Positions 18,938 to 27,868 of a stretch of 46,011 bases of DNA are shown here, piece after piece. How positions within the stretch are numbered: the stretch's first letter is position 1; every line of letters starts with the position of its first letter. A program made the translations under genes and the position numbers. The notes under the pieces were generated by a model. The model saw nothing but the letters and a program-made list of their open reading frames with translations, was not told where the DNA came from and did no database searches. The DNA comes from Candidatus Yanofskybacteria bacterium RIFCSPHIGHO2_01_FULL_44_24 (lineage in GTDB: Bacteria; Patescibacteriota; Minisyncoccia; 2-02-FULL-40-12; GWA2-44-9): the NCBI GenBank assembly GCA_001794215.1, contig MGJK01000003.1:1-46011 (forward strand). Reading direction: 5' to 3'.

Positions 18938-19055
18938 ATACTAAATCCTAAACAAATTCCAATGACCAAAATCCGAATTATCAAAACTGTTTTGAACATT
19001 TGGAAATTTGCATTTTGATATTGTTTAGAGTTTAGATATTAGAATTTAGAAATTT
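18922..19055. repeat. 7-nt-period palindromic element, copy 1
   Basis: AAATCCG/AAATCCT left arm, centre tcaaaac-t-gttttga, TTTAGA right arm; homologous to 21946-22080. Confidence 0.85.
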
Positions 19056-19061
19056 ATTCAA

Positions 19062-19391
19062 GTGCGCTTCCAAGTACCACAATTCATTGAAACAGAAACG
19101 AAAATCGTTGGACCATTTACCATAAAGCAGTTTCTGTGGATGGGCGGAGGAGGGGCGATTCTCACACTGCTTTATATTGCCGCGCCAAGATTGATATTTT
19201 TCATCTTGGGCCTTCCTGTCGCGACAGTTTTTGTCGCCTTCGCTTATATCAAGATAGATAACATCCCCCTCTTTAACTACTTAGCTTATGCCCTTTCTTA
19301 TTTTCTGAATCCTAAAAGATATCTTTTCAGCAAGCAGGATGAACAGGAATTAGGAAATGTGGAGATAATAGAAGAACACAGGCTTCGCTAA
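19062..19391 (+). CDS. PrgI-family (VirB3-like) membrane protein
   Basis: FQVPQFIETETKIVGPFTIKQF signature, two TMs, PKRYLF. Confidence 0.85.
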   Translation: MRFQVPQFIETETKIVGPFTIKQFLWMGGGGAILTLLYIAAPRLIFFILGLPVATVFVAFAYIKIDNIPLFNYLAYALSYFLNPKRYLFSKQDEQELGNVEIIEEHRLR

Positions 19392-19498
19392 ATTCAAAAT
19401 GAAAATATTAAAATGTAAAATTCAGGTTACTTAAAACTTTGTTAGCAAAGTTTTAAGTCTCAATAATTTTAAACTTTGATTTTTAAATTTTAAATTTG
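19390..19498. repeat. AT-rich periodic palindromic element
   Basis: AAAAT-type left arm, central 13 bp inverted repeat acttaaaactttg-ttag-caaagttttaagt, TTTTAAA right arm. Confidence 0.75.
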
Positions 19499-19503
19499 CC
19501 TTT

Positions 19504-20157
19504 ATGGCTGCGCCAAATCAATCTACCCAACAATTAGTCGATATAGCCGAGATAAGGGACAATATCGTCATCCTAAAGGATGGCTCTTTGAGGGCGGTCG
19601 TCGAGGTATCGGCTATAAACTTTGAATTGCGCTCGGAAGATGAGCAGGTGGCCATTCTTCAAAACTTCCAAAGGTTTTTAAATTCAGTGGATTTTTCTCT
19701 CCAGTTGTCAACGATATCAAGACGGCTATTCATCGATACTTATCTAAAATACGTGGAAGAGACGACCAGAACGGTTACCAATGAACTTTTAAGGATCCAG
19801 TCTCAGGAGTATATAAAGTTCGTAAAAGAGCTATCGGCCCTGGCTAATATCATGTCCAAGAAGTTTTATATAGTCGTCCCTTTCTATGCCTTTGAGAATC
19901 CGGCGAAAGCCGGGATCGGAGCGGGACTGAAGAGCATCCTTAAACCTTCAACCGGAGCCAAGAAACTAAGCGAAGAACAGTTTAATATCTACCGAGACCA
20001 AATTCTTCAGAGAGCAGAGCTTGTATACGGAAATTTGGTAGGTTTAGGTCTTAGGACTAAACTGCTCGGGCAAGAAGAGCTAATTAACCTTTTTTATAAC
20101 CTATACAACCCGACAACCGATCAGACTGCTCAAAAAGGCCCGCAAGGAAACGTATAG
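19504..20157 (+). CDS. VirB4-associated protein resembling the N-terminal region of TraC/VirB4
   Basis: STQQLVDIAEIRD, VSAINFELRSEDEQ, FLNS, KKFYIVVPF; lies between PrgI and VirB4. Confidence 0.65.
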   Translation: MAAPNQSTQQLVDIAEIRDNIVILKDGSLRAVVEVSAINFELRSEDEQVAILQNFQRFLNSVDFSLQLSTISRRLFIDTYLKYVEETTRTVTNELLRIQSQEYIKFVKELSALANIMSKKFYIVVPFYAFENPAKAGIGAGLKSILKPSTGAKKLSEEQFNIYRDQILQRAELVYGNLVGLGLRTKLLGQEELINLFYNLYNPTTDQTAQKGPQGNV

Positions 20158-20186
20158 GTCGACACCGGTATTTCATTTATTATCCG

Positions 20187-21947
20187 ATGGCAACCGACAT
20201 AAAAAACCTGACAGAAAAAAGCTTGGATGCATTCTTTGCTCCATCGGCTTTTAACGTTTCCCCGGGCAATCTCCGGGTGGGCGACCGTTACGCTCGGACC
20301 ATATTTCTGACCACCTACCCCCGCTACCTCCATACCAGCTGGTTTTCTCCGTTAATAAACATAGACCGGTCGATGGATATATCCATCTACATAGTGCCTA
20401 AAAACACCTCGTTAGTTTTGAAACAGCTACGAGACCAGCTGGCCCGGCTTCAAGCCCAGGAGATGGAAGAGTCAGCAGCCGGAAAAGTGAGAAATCCGAT
20501 ACTGGAGACGGCTATCCAGGATATTGAAACGCTGAGGGACCGGCTCCAACAGGGAATTGATCGTTTTTTCGAGCTCGGAGTATACGTCACAATTTACGAG
20601 AACAGCTTGAAGGAACTTGATGAAACAGAATCAAGGCTTAGGGGTATGCTCGAATACCAGCTCATATACTCACGTCCGGCCACCTTCAGGATGGCCGAGG
20701 GATTCTTATCTACTCTTCCGCTGAACAACGATCGTCTTAATGTCAAAACACCCCTGAATACCGAACCGCTTTCATCTCTCTTCCCGTTCGTTTCATTCGA
20801 TCTCACTTCAAATTCGGGAGTTTTATACGGAATCAACACCCACAATAATTCTTTGGTTCTCTTTGACAGATTTCAACTCGAGAATGCCAACTCGGTTGTA
20901 TTCGGCAAATCAGGAGGAGGTAAAAGTTATACCATCAAGCTTGAGATTTTAAGAAGCCTGGTTTTCGATACCCAGGTAATAATTATCGACCCCGAAGACG
21001 AGTATCGCTACTTGGCGGAAACGGTGGGCGGTTCGGCTATAAAAATATCTATCAACTCGCCCCACCATATCAATCCTCTTGATTTACCTACGCCCAAAGA
21101 GGATGAAACGCCGGCGGACGTCTTTAAATCACACTTACTCGATCTGACCGGATTGATGAAACTTTTACTGGGAGAGATGACTCCCGAGGAGGGCTCGATC
21201 CTCGATGAAGCCCTGATAGAAACCTACGCCCTCAAAGACATTAACCCAAATACAGACTTCTCCAAAAGCGCGCCCCCTCTTTTGTCCGATCTCCAAAGCG
21301 TATTAGAGGGTCTGACCGGGGGAGAGTCTTTGGCTATAAGGCTGAGAAAATACACTCATGGGACATTCGCCGGATTTTTGAACAACCCGACAAACGTTTC
21401 TTTGGACAGTTCTCTCCTTGTTTTCAGTATCCGGGATATGGAAGAAGAGCTTCGCCCGATTGCGATGTATTTGATTCTAAATCACGTCTGGACTCAGATA
21501 AGAAGAACGCTACGCAAGAGATTACTGATAGTTGATGAGGCCTGGTGGTTGATGAAATACCAGGCCGGAGCGGATTTTCTTTTCAATATCGCAAAGAGGG
21601 CGAGAAAATATTATCTTGGACTGACTACGATTTCCCAAGACATACCCGATTTCATGGCCAGCCCTCAGGGAAAGGCTATTGTCACAAATTCGTCCATCCA
21701 AATGCTGATGAAACAGTCTCCGGCAGCGATTGAGGTAGTGAAAGAGACGTTCAATCTTACCGACGCGGAAAAGTATTATCTTTTAGAAGCCCGCGTAGGC
21801 TTCGGACTTTTCTTTATAGGCCAGAATCATGTCGGTATCAGAGTAGTAGCTTCCTATGCCGAAGATCAGATCATAACCTCGGATCCACGACAGATTCTCG
21901 AAGTAGAAAAAGCGAAAGAAGAATGGGCAAAGAGCAACAAGGAGTAA
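20187..21947 (+). CDS. virB4: VirB4-family T4SS ATPase
   Basis: Walker A GKSGGGKS, IIDPEDEY, INPLD, Walker B LLIVDEAW, RARKY, TISQD. Confidence 0.9.
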   Translation: MATDIKNLTEKSLDAFFAPSAFNVSPGNLRVGDRYARTIFLTTYPRYLHTSWFSPLINIDRSMDISIYIVPKNTSLVLKQLRDQLARLQAQEMEESAAGKVRNPILETAIQDIETLRDRLQQGIDRFFELGVYVTIYENSLKELDETESRLRGMLEYQLIYSRPATFRMAEGFLSTLPLNNDRLNVKTPLNTEPLSSLFPFVSFDLTSNSGVLYGINTHNNSLVLFDRFQLENANSVVFGKSGGGKSYTIKLEILRSLVFDTQVIIIDPEDEYRYLAETVGGSAIKISINSPHHINPLDLPTPKEDETPADVFKSHLLDLTGLMKLLLGEMTPEEGSILDEALIETYALKDINPNTDFSKSAPPLLSDLQSVLEGLTGGESLAIRLRKYTHGTFAGFLNNPTNVSLDSSLLVFSIRDMEEELRPIAMYLILNHVWTQIRRTLRKRLLIVDEAWWLMKYQAGADFLFNIAKRARKYYLGLTTISQDIPDFMASPQGKAIVTNSSIQMLMKQSPAAIEVVKETFNLTDAEKYYLLEARVGFGLFFIGQNHVGIRVVASYAEDQIITSDPRQILEVEKAKEEWAKSNKE

Positions 21948-22080
21948 ATTTCTAATCCCTAAATCCTAATTTCTAAACAAACTCTAATGGCCAAAATCCA
22001 AATCACCAAAACAGTTTTGAAAATTTGGAAATTTGCATTTTAGTATTGTTTAGAGTTTAGGTGTTAGATTTTAGATATTT
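21946..22080. repeat. 7-nt-period palindromic element, copy 2
   Basis: Centre caaaac-a-gttttg; shares atttggaaatttgcatttt and tattgtttagagtttag with copy 1. Confidence 0.85.
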
Positions 22081-22087
22081 CCCCACC

Positions 22088-22837
22088 GTGGCTCAAAACA
22101 CCCAACAACTAAATGCCGACGGACGGGCCCTGGAAGAAGAGGAGATTTCAGATGAAGAAGAGTTAACGATTGACGCAATCGAAGAAGAGGAATTGGTCGC
22201 TAACCAGCTATCTACAGAAAGAAACCTTTATAATATGGAGAGGGAGGTTAACGACCTTGCGAAAACGGGGAAAAAATTCGGACATCCTTCTTTCTTAAAA
22301 TACGGGATACTCGCTTTATTGGCGGTGTCGGCAGATTTAATAGACGCGGCGGCCTTAACCGGCATAGGCGTGATCGTATCTACGTTCAGCTCTGTGGTTC
22401 TCAATTCTATTATTTTTATAATATTCATAACATCCGGAACAGAGCAGCATAATGCCGGACGGTACGTCAGCCATTCACAGGCAAGAATCCAAGAAATAAT
22501 CGGACAGATAGCAGACCTTGAGCGCAATATCGCTCATCTGGCTCGACGAAGTATGCAAGTTTCGAAATTCTTATTAGGCAAGAAGAGGTTTGCCAGGCTG
22601 GCGACTTCAAAGGCGGCAAAAGGTATAGAGGCAGGAACAAGATGGTTATCGAAGTCTTTGAAATGGGGAGGGCTGGTTGCCGAAACTATTCCGGCTATGG
22701 ACTTGGGATTTCTTCCTCTAACCTGTATTTCTGTTTTATTGAGCTATTTAGATGAGAGGAAAAGCTACAAGAACGCACGAACCGTAGGAGATAGCATCTC
22801 TGAACAATTTACTGAGGCCAGTACAGATTTAGCTTGA
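22088..22837 (+). CDS. Hypothetical membrane protein
   Basis: GTG 22088 lies after the repeat element (track start 22061 is inside it); acidic N-terminus, hydrophobic hairpin, coiled coil. Confidence 0.7.
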   Translation: MAQNTQQLNADGRALEEEEISDEEELTIDAIEEEELVANQLSTERNLYNMEREVNDLAKTGKKFGHPSFLKYGILALLAVSADLIDAAALTGIGVIVSTFSSVVLNSIIFIIFITSGTEQHNAGRYVSHSQARIQEIIGQIADLERNIAHLARRSMQVSKFLLGKKRFARLATSKAAKGIEAGTRWLSKSLKWGGLVAETIPAMDLGFLPLTCISVLLSYLDERKSYKNARTVGDSISEQFTEASTDLA

Positions 22838-22869
22838 GAGGGGCCACATGGTATAATAAAGAAATAACA

Positions 22870-23934
22870 ATGAGACTTAAAGTATATCTAATAACAATTT
22901 TAATATCTGTTGTAGCTGGGACCAGCTGGTATCTAATGGGGGAGGGGGGGGACTTCGAGGAACGCCAGACAGGCACTATTCTTGATGGCTTTACAGATAA
23001 TGACAAGAGCCGGATAAAATCCGCCGAATCGGGGCTTATTTTGCTTAGCCAGAGAAAAGCAATATCGGCGACTGACTCTCCGGAAAAGGGGGTATTATTC
23101 TACGAAAAAGAGACCGGGAAGGTTTTTCAAGTTGATATAGCCAACAAGACTGAATCGGTAGTCTCCTCGAAAGTTCTAGAAAATTTCCTAAGCACTGTTT
23201 GGGCGCCTAATAAACGCGATGTTATATCGTTATTCTACTCCCCGAATGGGAACAGGCTGAGCTACTATGATTACGACGCTAAAAAGGCCTGGGCTTATGA
23301 CCAGAGCATTAAATCAGCCGTTTTCTCTCCTGACGGCAACTCGGTTGCTTATTTCAAGACCGGATCAGAAGAAGACGGAGGATTGAATAAGATATTCATA
23401 GCACAGCCCAACGGCAGTTATACAAAAAAGATTTTAGACACACGATTAACGGATATTGAGATGTTCTGGCCCTTGGACAGCCAGCTTTCTTTTAAAACCA
23501 AATCTTCAGTGTTTATGCTGAGCAAGGACGGGGCTTTGAGCAAGTTTTTTGATGCTTATTCCGAGACTTTGAATGTGATGTGGTCTCAAAGCGGTAAAAA
23601 GGTCCTGCTATCCTACATTAACCCGAATAACGGAATTACCGAGCTCTGGTTTAAAAACACTGACTTTGGAGGAGAGGGCTTGCTGACGACAGGAATATCG
23701 GCCTCGGACTGTGCCTGGAGCATAGATGAAGTAAATATATTTTGCGCTGCAAATAAGTTCCCCGGGAGTTTAGAGACCGAAATACGCTTGATCAGCACTG
23801 ATAACGGATCGGTTAAGACGATGGGAGTCTCGGCGGTGGGATCAAAGAACCTGTTCCTTTCATCTTTAGAAGACTTCCTTGTATTTACAAGTCCTTTGGA
23901 CGAGCGTCTGTATGCACTAAAAATCAGTAATTAG
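22870..23934 (+). CDS. Membrane-anchored beta-propeller (TolB/WD40-like) protein
   Basis: N-terminal TM; WAPN, FSPDG, WSQSG, WSID blade motifs; TGGTATAAT upstream of ATG 22870. Confidence 0.75.
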   Translation: MRLKVYLITILISVVAGTSWYLMGEGGDFEERQTGTILDGFTDNDKSRIKSAESGLILLSQRKAISATDSPEKGVLFYEKETGKVFQVDIANKTESVVSSKVLENFLSTVWAPNKRDVISLFYSPNGNRLSYYDYDAKKAWAYDQSIKSAVFSPDGNSVAYFKTGSEEDGGLNKIFIAQPNGSYTKKILDTRLTDIEMFWPLDSQLSFKTKSSVFMLSKDGALSKFFDAYSETLNVMWSQSGKKVLLSYINPNNGITELWFKNTDFGGEGLLTTGISASDCAWSIDEVNIFCAANKFPGSLETEIRLISTDNGSVKTMGVSAVGSKNLFLSSLEDFLVFTSPLDERLYALKISN

Positions 23935-24019
23935 CTCTTAGCGTAGTAACGCAGTAGCTAAAAAGAGTACCTCTCAGGGGTGCTTTTGCTAAAAGCTAAA
24001 GCCTAATATGCTACGAGCT
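23932..24019. repeat. Periodic palindrome and probable bidirectional terminator
   Basis: TAGC-type repeats on the left, central hairpin gagtacctc/ggggtgctt, GCTA-type repeats on the right; between convergent genes. Confidence 0.65.
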
Positions 24020-24021
24020 TT

Positions 24022-24495
24022 TTATGGATAAGGCTTCACGATGATCCTTCTCTGGGGCTCGTTTCCAATACTTTCAGTGGCAATGTCGGGGTAAGAAGCT
24101 AATTCCATATGAACAATTCTTCTCTCATAGGCGGACATGGGGAGGAGCGCCTCTGCTTTTTGAGTATTGCGAACCCGGGTTACCACCTGCTTGGCAAGCT
24201 CTATCACATATGAAGCTTTGGCCTTTCGGTAGTCATTAACATCAACAACGATATTTTTGAATTCATTCAAATTCTTTAGAAACATAGCCCGAACTACCTG
24301 CTCGATGGCTCTCAGGTTCTGGCCGTTCTTGCCGATAAGGAAACGGGCGTTTTCCGGAGTGTAAACCAAAACTACAAGAGCTTTGCCGTCCTTATCGACT
24401 TCCTCCCGAGTCTCAACTTGGCACTCCAAGTTCATAAAAGAGATCATCTCCCTGATTTTCTCGGCTAAATTGTTTTTTGGATTAATGGATTCCAT
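24022..24495 (-). CDS. jag: Jag/KhpB-like RNA-binding protein (KH + R3H)
   Basis: LIGKNGQNL KH motif, PMSAYERRIVH R3H motif; downstream of yidC. Confidence 0.9.
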   Translation of the reverse strand: MESINPKNNLAEKIREMISFMNLECQVETREEVDKDGKALVVLVYTPENARFLIGKNGQNLRAIEQVVRAMFLKNLNEFKNIVVDVNDYRKAKASYVIELAKQVVTRVRNTQKAEALLPMSAYERRIVHMELASYPDIATESIGNEPQRRIIVKPYP

Positions 24496-24499
24496 GCGT

Positions 24500-25189
24500 T
24501 TATTTATATCTCTGCCTTAAGTAACTCTGTTCGAAGATAGAAAATGCCGTAGTAGCCAGCCAATAAAGAACTAAACCGGCCGGCAGATTCCAACCAATAA
24601 TTATAATCATTACCGGAAAAAAATACAACATTTGCTTATTCAATGCCTGCATCGGGTCATTTTGTCCGCCGGCAGAAGTTTTATTCGTTTTAAACTGAAC
24701 AAATTGAGCGATCCCGCTTAGTATCGCCAACGGATGGCTTTTAGTGCTAACGTCAATGAAGCCGAAAGACAGCGTATTAATACTGCCGGGATTTCCGATA
24801 AATCCATACAACATATCGAGGCTCTCGGGCTTGAATCCGGCTATAAATGCCTGGTACAAAGCAATAAGTATCGGAATCTGAATAATTAAAGGCAGGCACC
24901 CCGCTAAAGGATTGATATTTTTCTCCTTATAGAGGGCCATGATGGCCGCGGATTGGGCGGTTTTATCATTTTTAAACTTATCCTTAAGCTCATTGATTTT
25001 AGAATTTATACCGGCCATGTCTTTTTGAGATTTGAACATCTTGGCTGTCAGCGGAAACATAGCCAATCTTAGAATAACGGTCAGTATAACAATAGCTAAA
25101 CCGAAATCATTCCATGGTAAGATATTGTAGATGGAGATGACTGCATTAAAGAGAGGACGATATAATATTTCTTGGAATATATTTAACAT
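24500..25189 (-). CDS. yidC: Membrane protein insertase YidC (short form)
   Basis: FGLAIVILTVILR, NPLAGCLPLIIQIPILIALY, PAGLVLYW. Confidence 0.93.
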   Translation of the reverse strand: MLNIFQEILYRPLFNAVISIYNILPWNDFGLAIVILTVILRLAMFPLTAKMFKSQKDMAGINSKINELKDKFKNDKTAQSAAIMALYKEKNINPLAGCLPLIIQIPILIALYQAFIAGFKPESLDMLYGFIGNPGSINTLSFGFIDVSTKSHPLAILSGIAQFVQFKTNKTSAGGQNDPMQALNKQMLYFFPVMIIIIGWNLPAGLVLYWLATTAFSIFEQSYLRQRYK

Positions 25190-25196
25190 TTTTAAA

Positions 25197-25427
25197 TCAA
25201 GCTAAGTCTACCCCGCCCTTCGTGAGAGGGTTGCATCTTAAAACCCTGTAGAAGCCCCTAATAGCCCCCCTGAGAGGTCCTTTGGCTTTAATCGACTCTA
25301 TCATATAGTCAGAGCAGGTGGGGTAGTATCTGCACCCTGAACTCAAAAAACAAAAAGGAGACCGTCTCCAGATTATTTCTTGGATGCTTTTATAGAAAGA
25401 TATCGACTTTAAGATTAATCCGGTCAT
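25197..25427 (-). CDS. yidD: Membrane protein insertion efficiency factor YidD
   Basis: CRYYPTCSDY, RVLRCNP, GGVD; synteny. Confidence 0.92.
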   Translation of the reverse strand: MTGLILKSISFYKSIQEIIWRRSPFCFLSSGCRYYPTCSDYMIESIKAKGPLRGAIRGFYRVLRCNPLTKGGVDLA

Positions 25428-25768
25428 ATTAGCTTAGTTTTCTTCAAAATACCTAATAATTCATTCTTAATCAGACTGCCTTCTACGGGCGGTTTTCTGA
25501 ATCCGACCACTACATCGTAACCGGGCATAATCCGATCCATATCTGCCATCAGTGCCTCGGTAACTGTTCTTTTGACCGCATTCCTTGCCGCCGCTTTTTT
25601 AAATATTTTAGAAGGCGCTGCTATTCCGAACCTGCTTACTTTTAAGCCATTGGGTTTTATCCTTATAAATAAAAAATTGGCCTCGAAAGCCTTGCCGTTT
25701 TTAAAAACACTTTTAAACTCCCGGTCTTTTTTCAGTCTGTACTGTTTCGATAATGCCACGATGATCAA
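25424..25768 (-). CDS. rnpA: RNase P protein component
   Basis: RLKKDREFKSVF, SRFGI, KAAARNAVKR; synteny. Confidence 0.9.
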   Translation of the reverse strand: MIIVALSKQYRLKKDREFKSVFKNGKAFEANFLFIRIKPNGLKVSRFGIAAPSKIFKKAAARNAVKRTVTEALMADMDRIMPGYDVVVGFRKPPVEGSLIKNELLGILKKTKLI

Positions 25769-25815
25769 TTTTCATTAAAAGAAAAATCGGCCGGATTGAA
25801 TTATTCTGCCGCCAT

Positions 25816-25953
25816 CTAAACTGTCAGCTTGTGACGTCCTTTGCCTCTCCTTCTGGCTAACACTGACCTGCCGGACTTGCTCAACATTCGGCCTAAAAAA
25901 CCGTGTTTTACCTTTCTTTTCTTCTTTTTGGGACGGTATAGCGTTGATTTCAT
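25816..25953 (-). CDS. rpmH: 50S ribosomal protein L34
   Basis: Manual translation [45 protein letters not shown] (45 aa, not in the ORF track); synteny. Confidence 0.95.
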   Translation of the reverse strand: MKSTLYRPKKKKRKVKHGFLGRMLSKSGRSVLARRRGKGRHKLTV

Positions 25954-26224
25954 ATTATCTATTATCTTCAATATTCAATAATTTTCAAGTCCCCGGTCTT
26001 TTAGGCATGCATTTTTGGGGCTGTCAATATTGTTTTATTTTCTCCACTTGTTATAAACATCATATCAACTTTTATCTGTTTTCCTGTTATTTTTTTAATC
26101 GAGTATAATTTACTATGTGTCTTAAAAGGTTAAGTCGAAAAACGGAAAGCGCAAAATAATTTCGATCGTCCCGGCAATACTTCGTTTTTGCTTCAATTTT
26201 CGACTTTAATCTAACTGGCGTATT

Positions 26225-27592
26225 ATGACTAACGAGGAAATCTGGAAAGCCGTGCTTGGAGAGATGGAGTTGATGTTGTCTAAGGCAAATTTTACGACTT
26301 GGTTTAGAAATACGTCCATTATCTCCAAGGATAGGAATGCTGTCGTTGTTAGCGTTCCGAACGGTTTCATAAAAGAGTGGCTTGAAAATAAATTTCATAA
26401 AAAAATACTCGACTCTATCAGAACCCTGACTCCCGAAATAAGAGAGATCCAGTATATAGTCGGCCATCCTAAAATAGACCTCAAACAAAATATTGATAAG
26501 GTTTTACTGGAGAAAGACCTGGAAGAAAAAATCGGCACAGCTGTGGATGTTGATGTAGACAGGACTACTAACCTAAATAAAAAATACTCTTTCGATTCTT
26601 ATGTTGTCGGGTCCAGCAACGAATTGGCTTTCGCCGCTTCTCAGGCAATCACAAAGAATATAGGAAAATTGTACAACCCTCTATTTATATATGGGGGAGT
26701 CGGCTTAGGGAAAACTCACCTTCTTCAAGCGATAGGCAATAGAATCTTATATGAGAACAGGGGAAGAGTGCTCTATGTACCGGCTGAGAAATTGACTGCC
26801 GACCTTATTGAATCGATCAGAAATAGAACGATTGAAGAGTTAAAAAATGTTTACTCTAAACTTGACCTGCTTATTATAGATGACATTCAGTTTATAGCCG
26901 GAAAAGAAAAGACTCAGGATATTGTTTTTTCTATTTTTAATGAGCTCCACGGGAAAAATAAGCAGGTTGTCCTGTCTTCCGATAGGCCGCCTAAGGCCAT
27001 CCCGGCCCTTGAGGAACGCCTCAGGTCGCGTTTTGAAGGAGGAATGATAGCCGATATAGGCACTCCTGACTTAGAGACAAGATTAGCTATTTTAAAAATG
27101 AAATCAGAGGATAAAGAGTGCGGATTAGACGCTAATACTTTATCTTATATAGCTACGAATATCCAGAAGAACGTTAGGGAGCTTGAGGGAGCACTGAACC
27201 GAGTCATTGCTTTCAGCCAGATATACAATCGCATTCCCGATCTTAAAGAGGTTAAAAATATACTAAACACCTATTTAAGCAGTCCTTACCGCAAAACCTC
27301 GCCCCAAGTTATTCTTAAAAATGTAGCTGACTTTTACAGTATCTCTCTTACCGACTTACTGAAAAGAAGCAGAAAGAAAGAAGTAGTCAGGCCCCGCCAG
27401 ATTGCCATGTTTCTATTAAGAGAGGAAACAAAACTTTCTTTTCCTGAGATAGGACAAAAACTAGGCGGCCGGGATCATTCCACTGTCATTCATGCTTTTG
27501 AAAAAATAAAAAAGGAAGAATCGGCGGATGAGCCCTTGAAACAGGAATTAGTGTTGATTAAAGAAAGGATTTATAATTCGTTTGAAAAATAA
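26225..27592 (+). CDS. dnaA: Chromosomal replication initiator DnaA
   Basis: YNPLFIYGGVGLGKTHL, LLIIDDIQF, RLRSRF, RELEGAL, GGRDHSTVIHA. Confidence 0.98.
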   Translation: MTNEEIWKAVLGEMELMLSKANFTTWFRNTSIISKDRNAVVVSVPNGFIKEWLENKFHKKILDSIRTLTPEIREIQYIVGHPKIDLKQNIDKVLLEKDLEEKIGTAVDVDVDRTTNLNKKYSFDSYVVGSSNELAFAASQAITKNIGKLYNPLFIYGGVGLGKTHLLQAIGNRILYENRGRVLYVPAEKLTADLIESIRNRTIEELKNVYSKLDLLIIDDIQFIAGKEKTQDIVFSIFNELHGKNKQVVLSSDRPPKAIPALEERLRSRFEGGMIADIGTPDLETRLAILKMKSEDKECGLDANTLSYIATNIQKNVRELEGALNRVIAFSQIYNRIPDLKEVKNILNTYLSSPYRKTSPQVILKNVADFYSISLTDLLKRSRKKEVVRPRQIAMFLLREETKLSFPEIGQKLGGRDHSTVIHAFEKIKKEESADEPLKQELVLIKERIYNSFEK

Positions 27593-27868
27593 TGTTGATG
27601 AATCGGTTGATATCTTTCTGAAAACTTTGTTAATAACAGGCAGACAATAATATGACAATAGATACTGTTAAAAATATTTATAAAGATAACCGGAACTTAT
27701 CCCTGAAGATATCAATAAATTGTTTATAAAATTTTTACCGGTTTTCATTCTTAATAATTTTTTAAATAATACTTCTCCACAAATCCACAGTGCTAATAAG
27801 TAATAATAAATTCTTTATAGATATTAGATAATAATTATTATTGATGGATAAGGGGCACTAATACACTT
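27593..27868. promoter_or_regulatory. Probable oriC
   Basis: AT-rich dnaA-dnaN spacer; tandem DnaA-box-like TTCTCCACA/AAATCCACA (27773-27789) followed by trinucleotide repeats ctaataagtaataataa; further degenerate boxes. Confidence 0.85.

Noticed and set aside
14650-21947. Integrative conjugative element
   Set aside because: No integrase, relaxase, coupling protein or att duplication; the locus is embedded among core genes.
18922-22080. CRISPR array
   Set aside because: The repeats are degenerate 7-mers in palindromes, not identical 23-47 bp repeats with unique spacers, and there are no cas genes.
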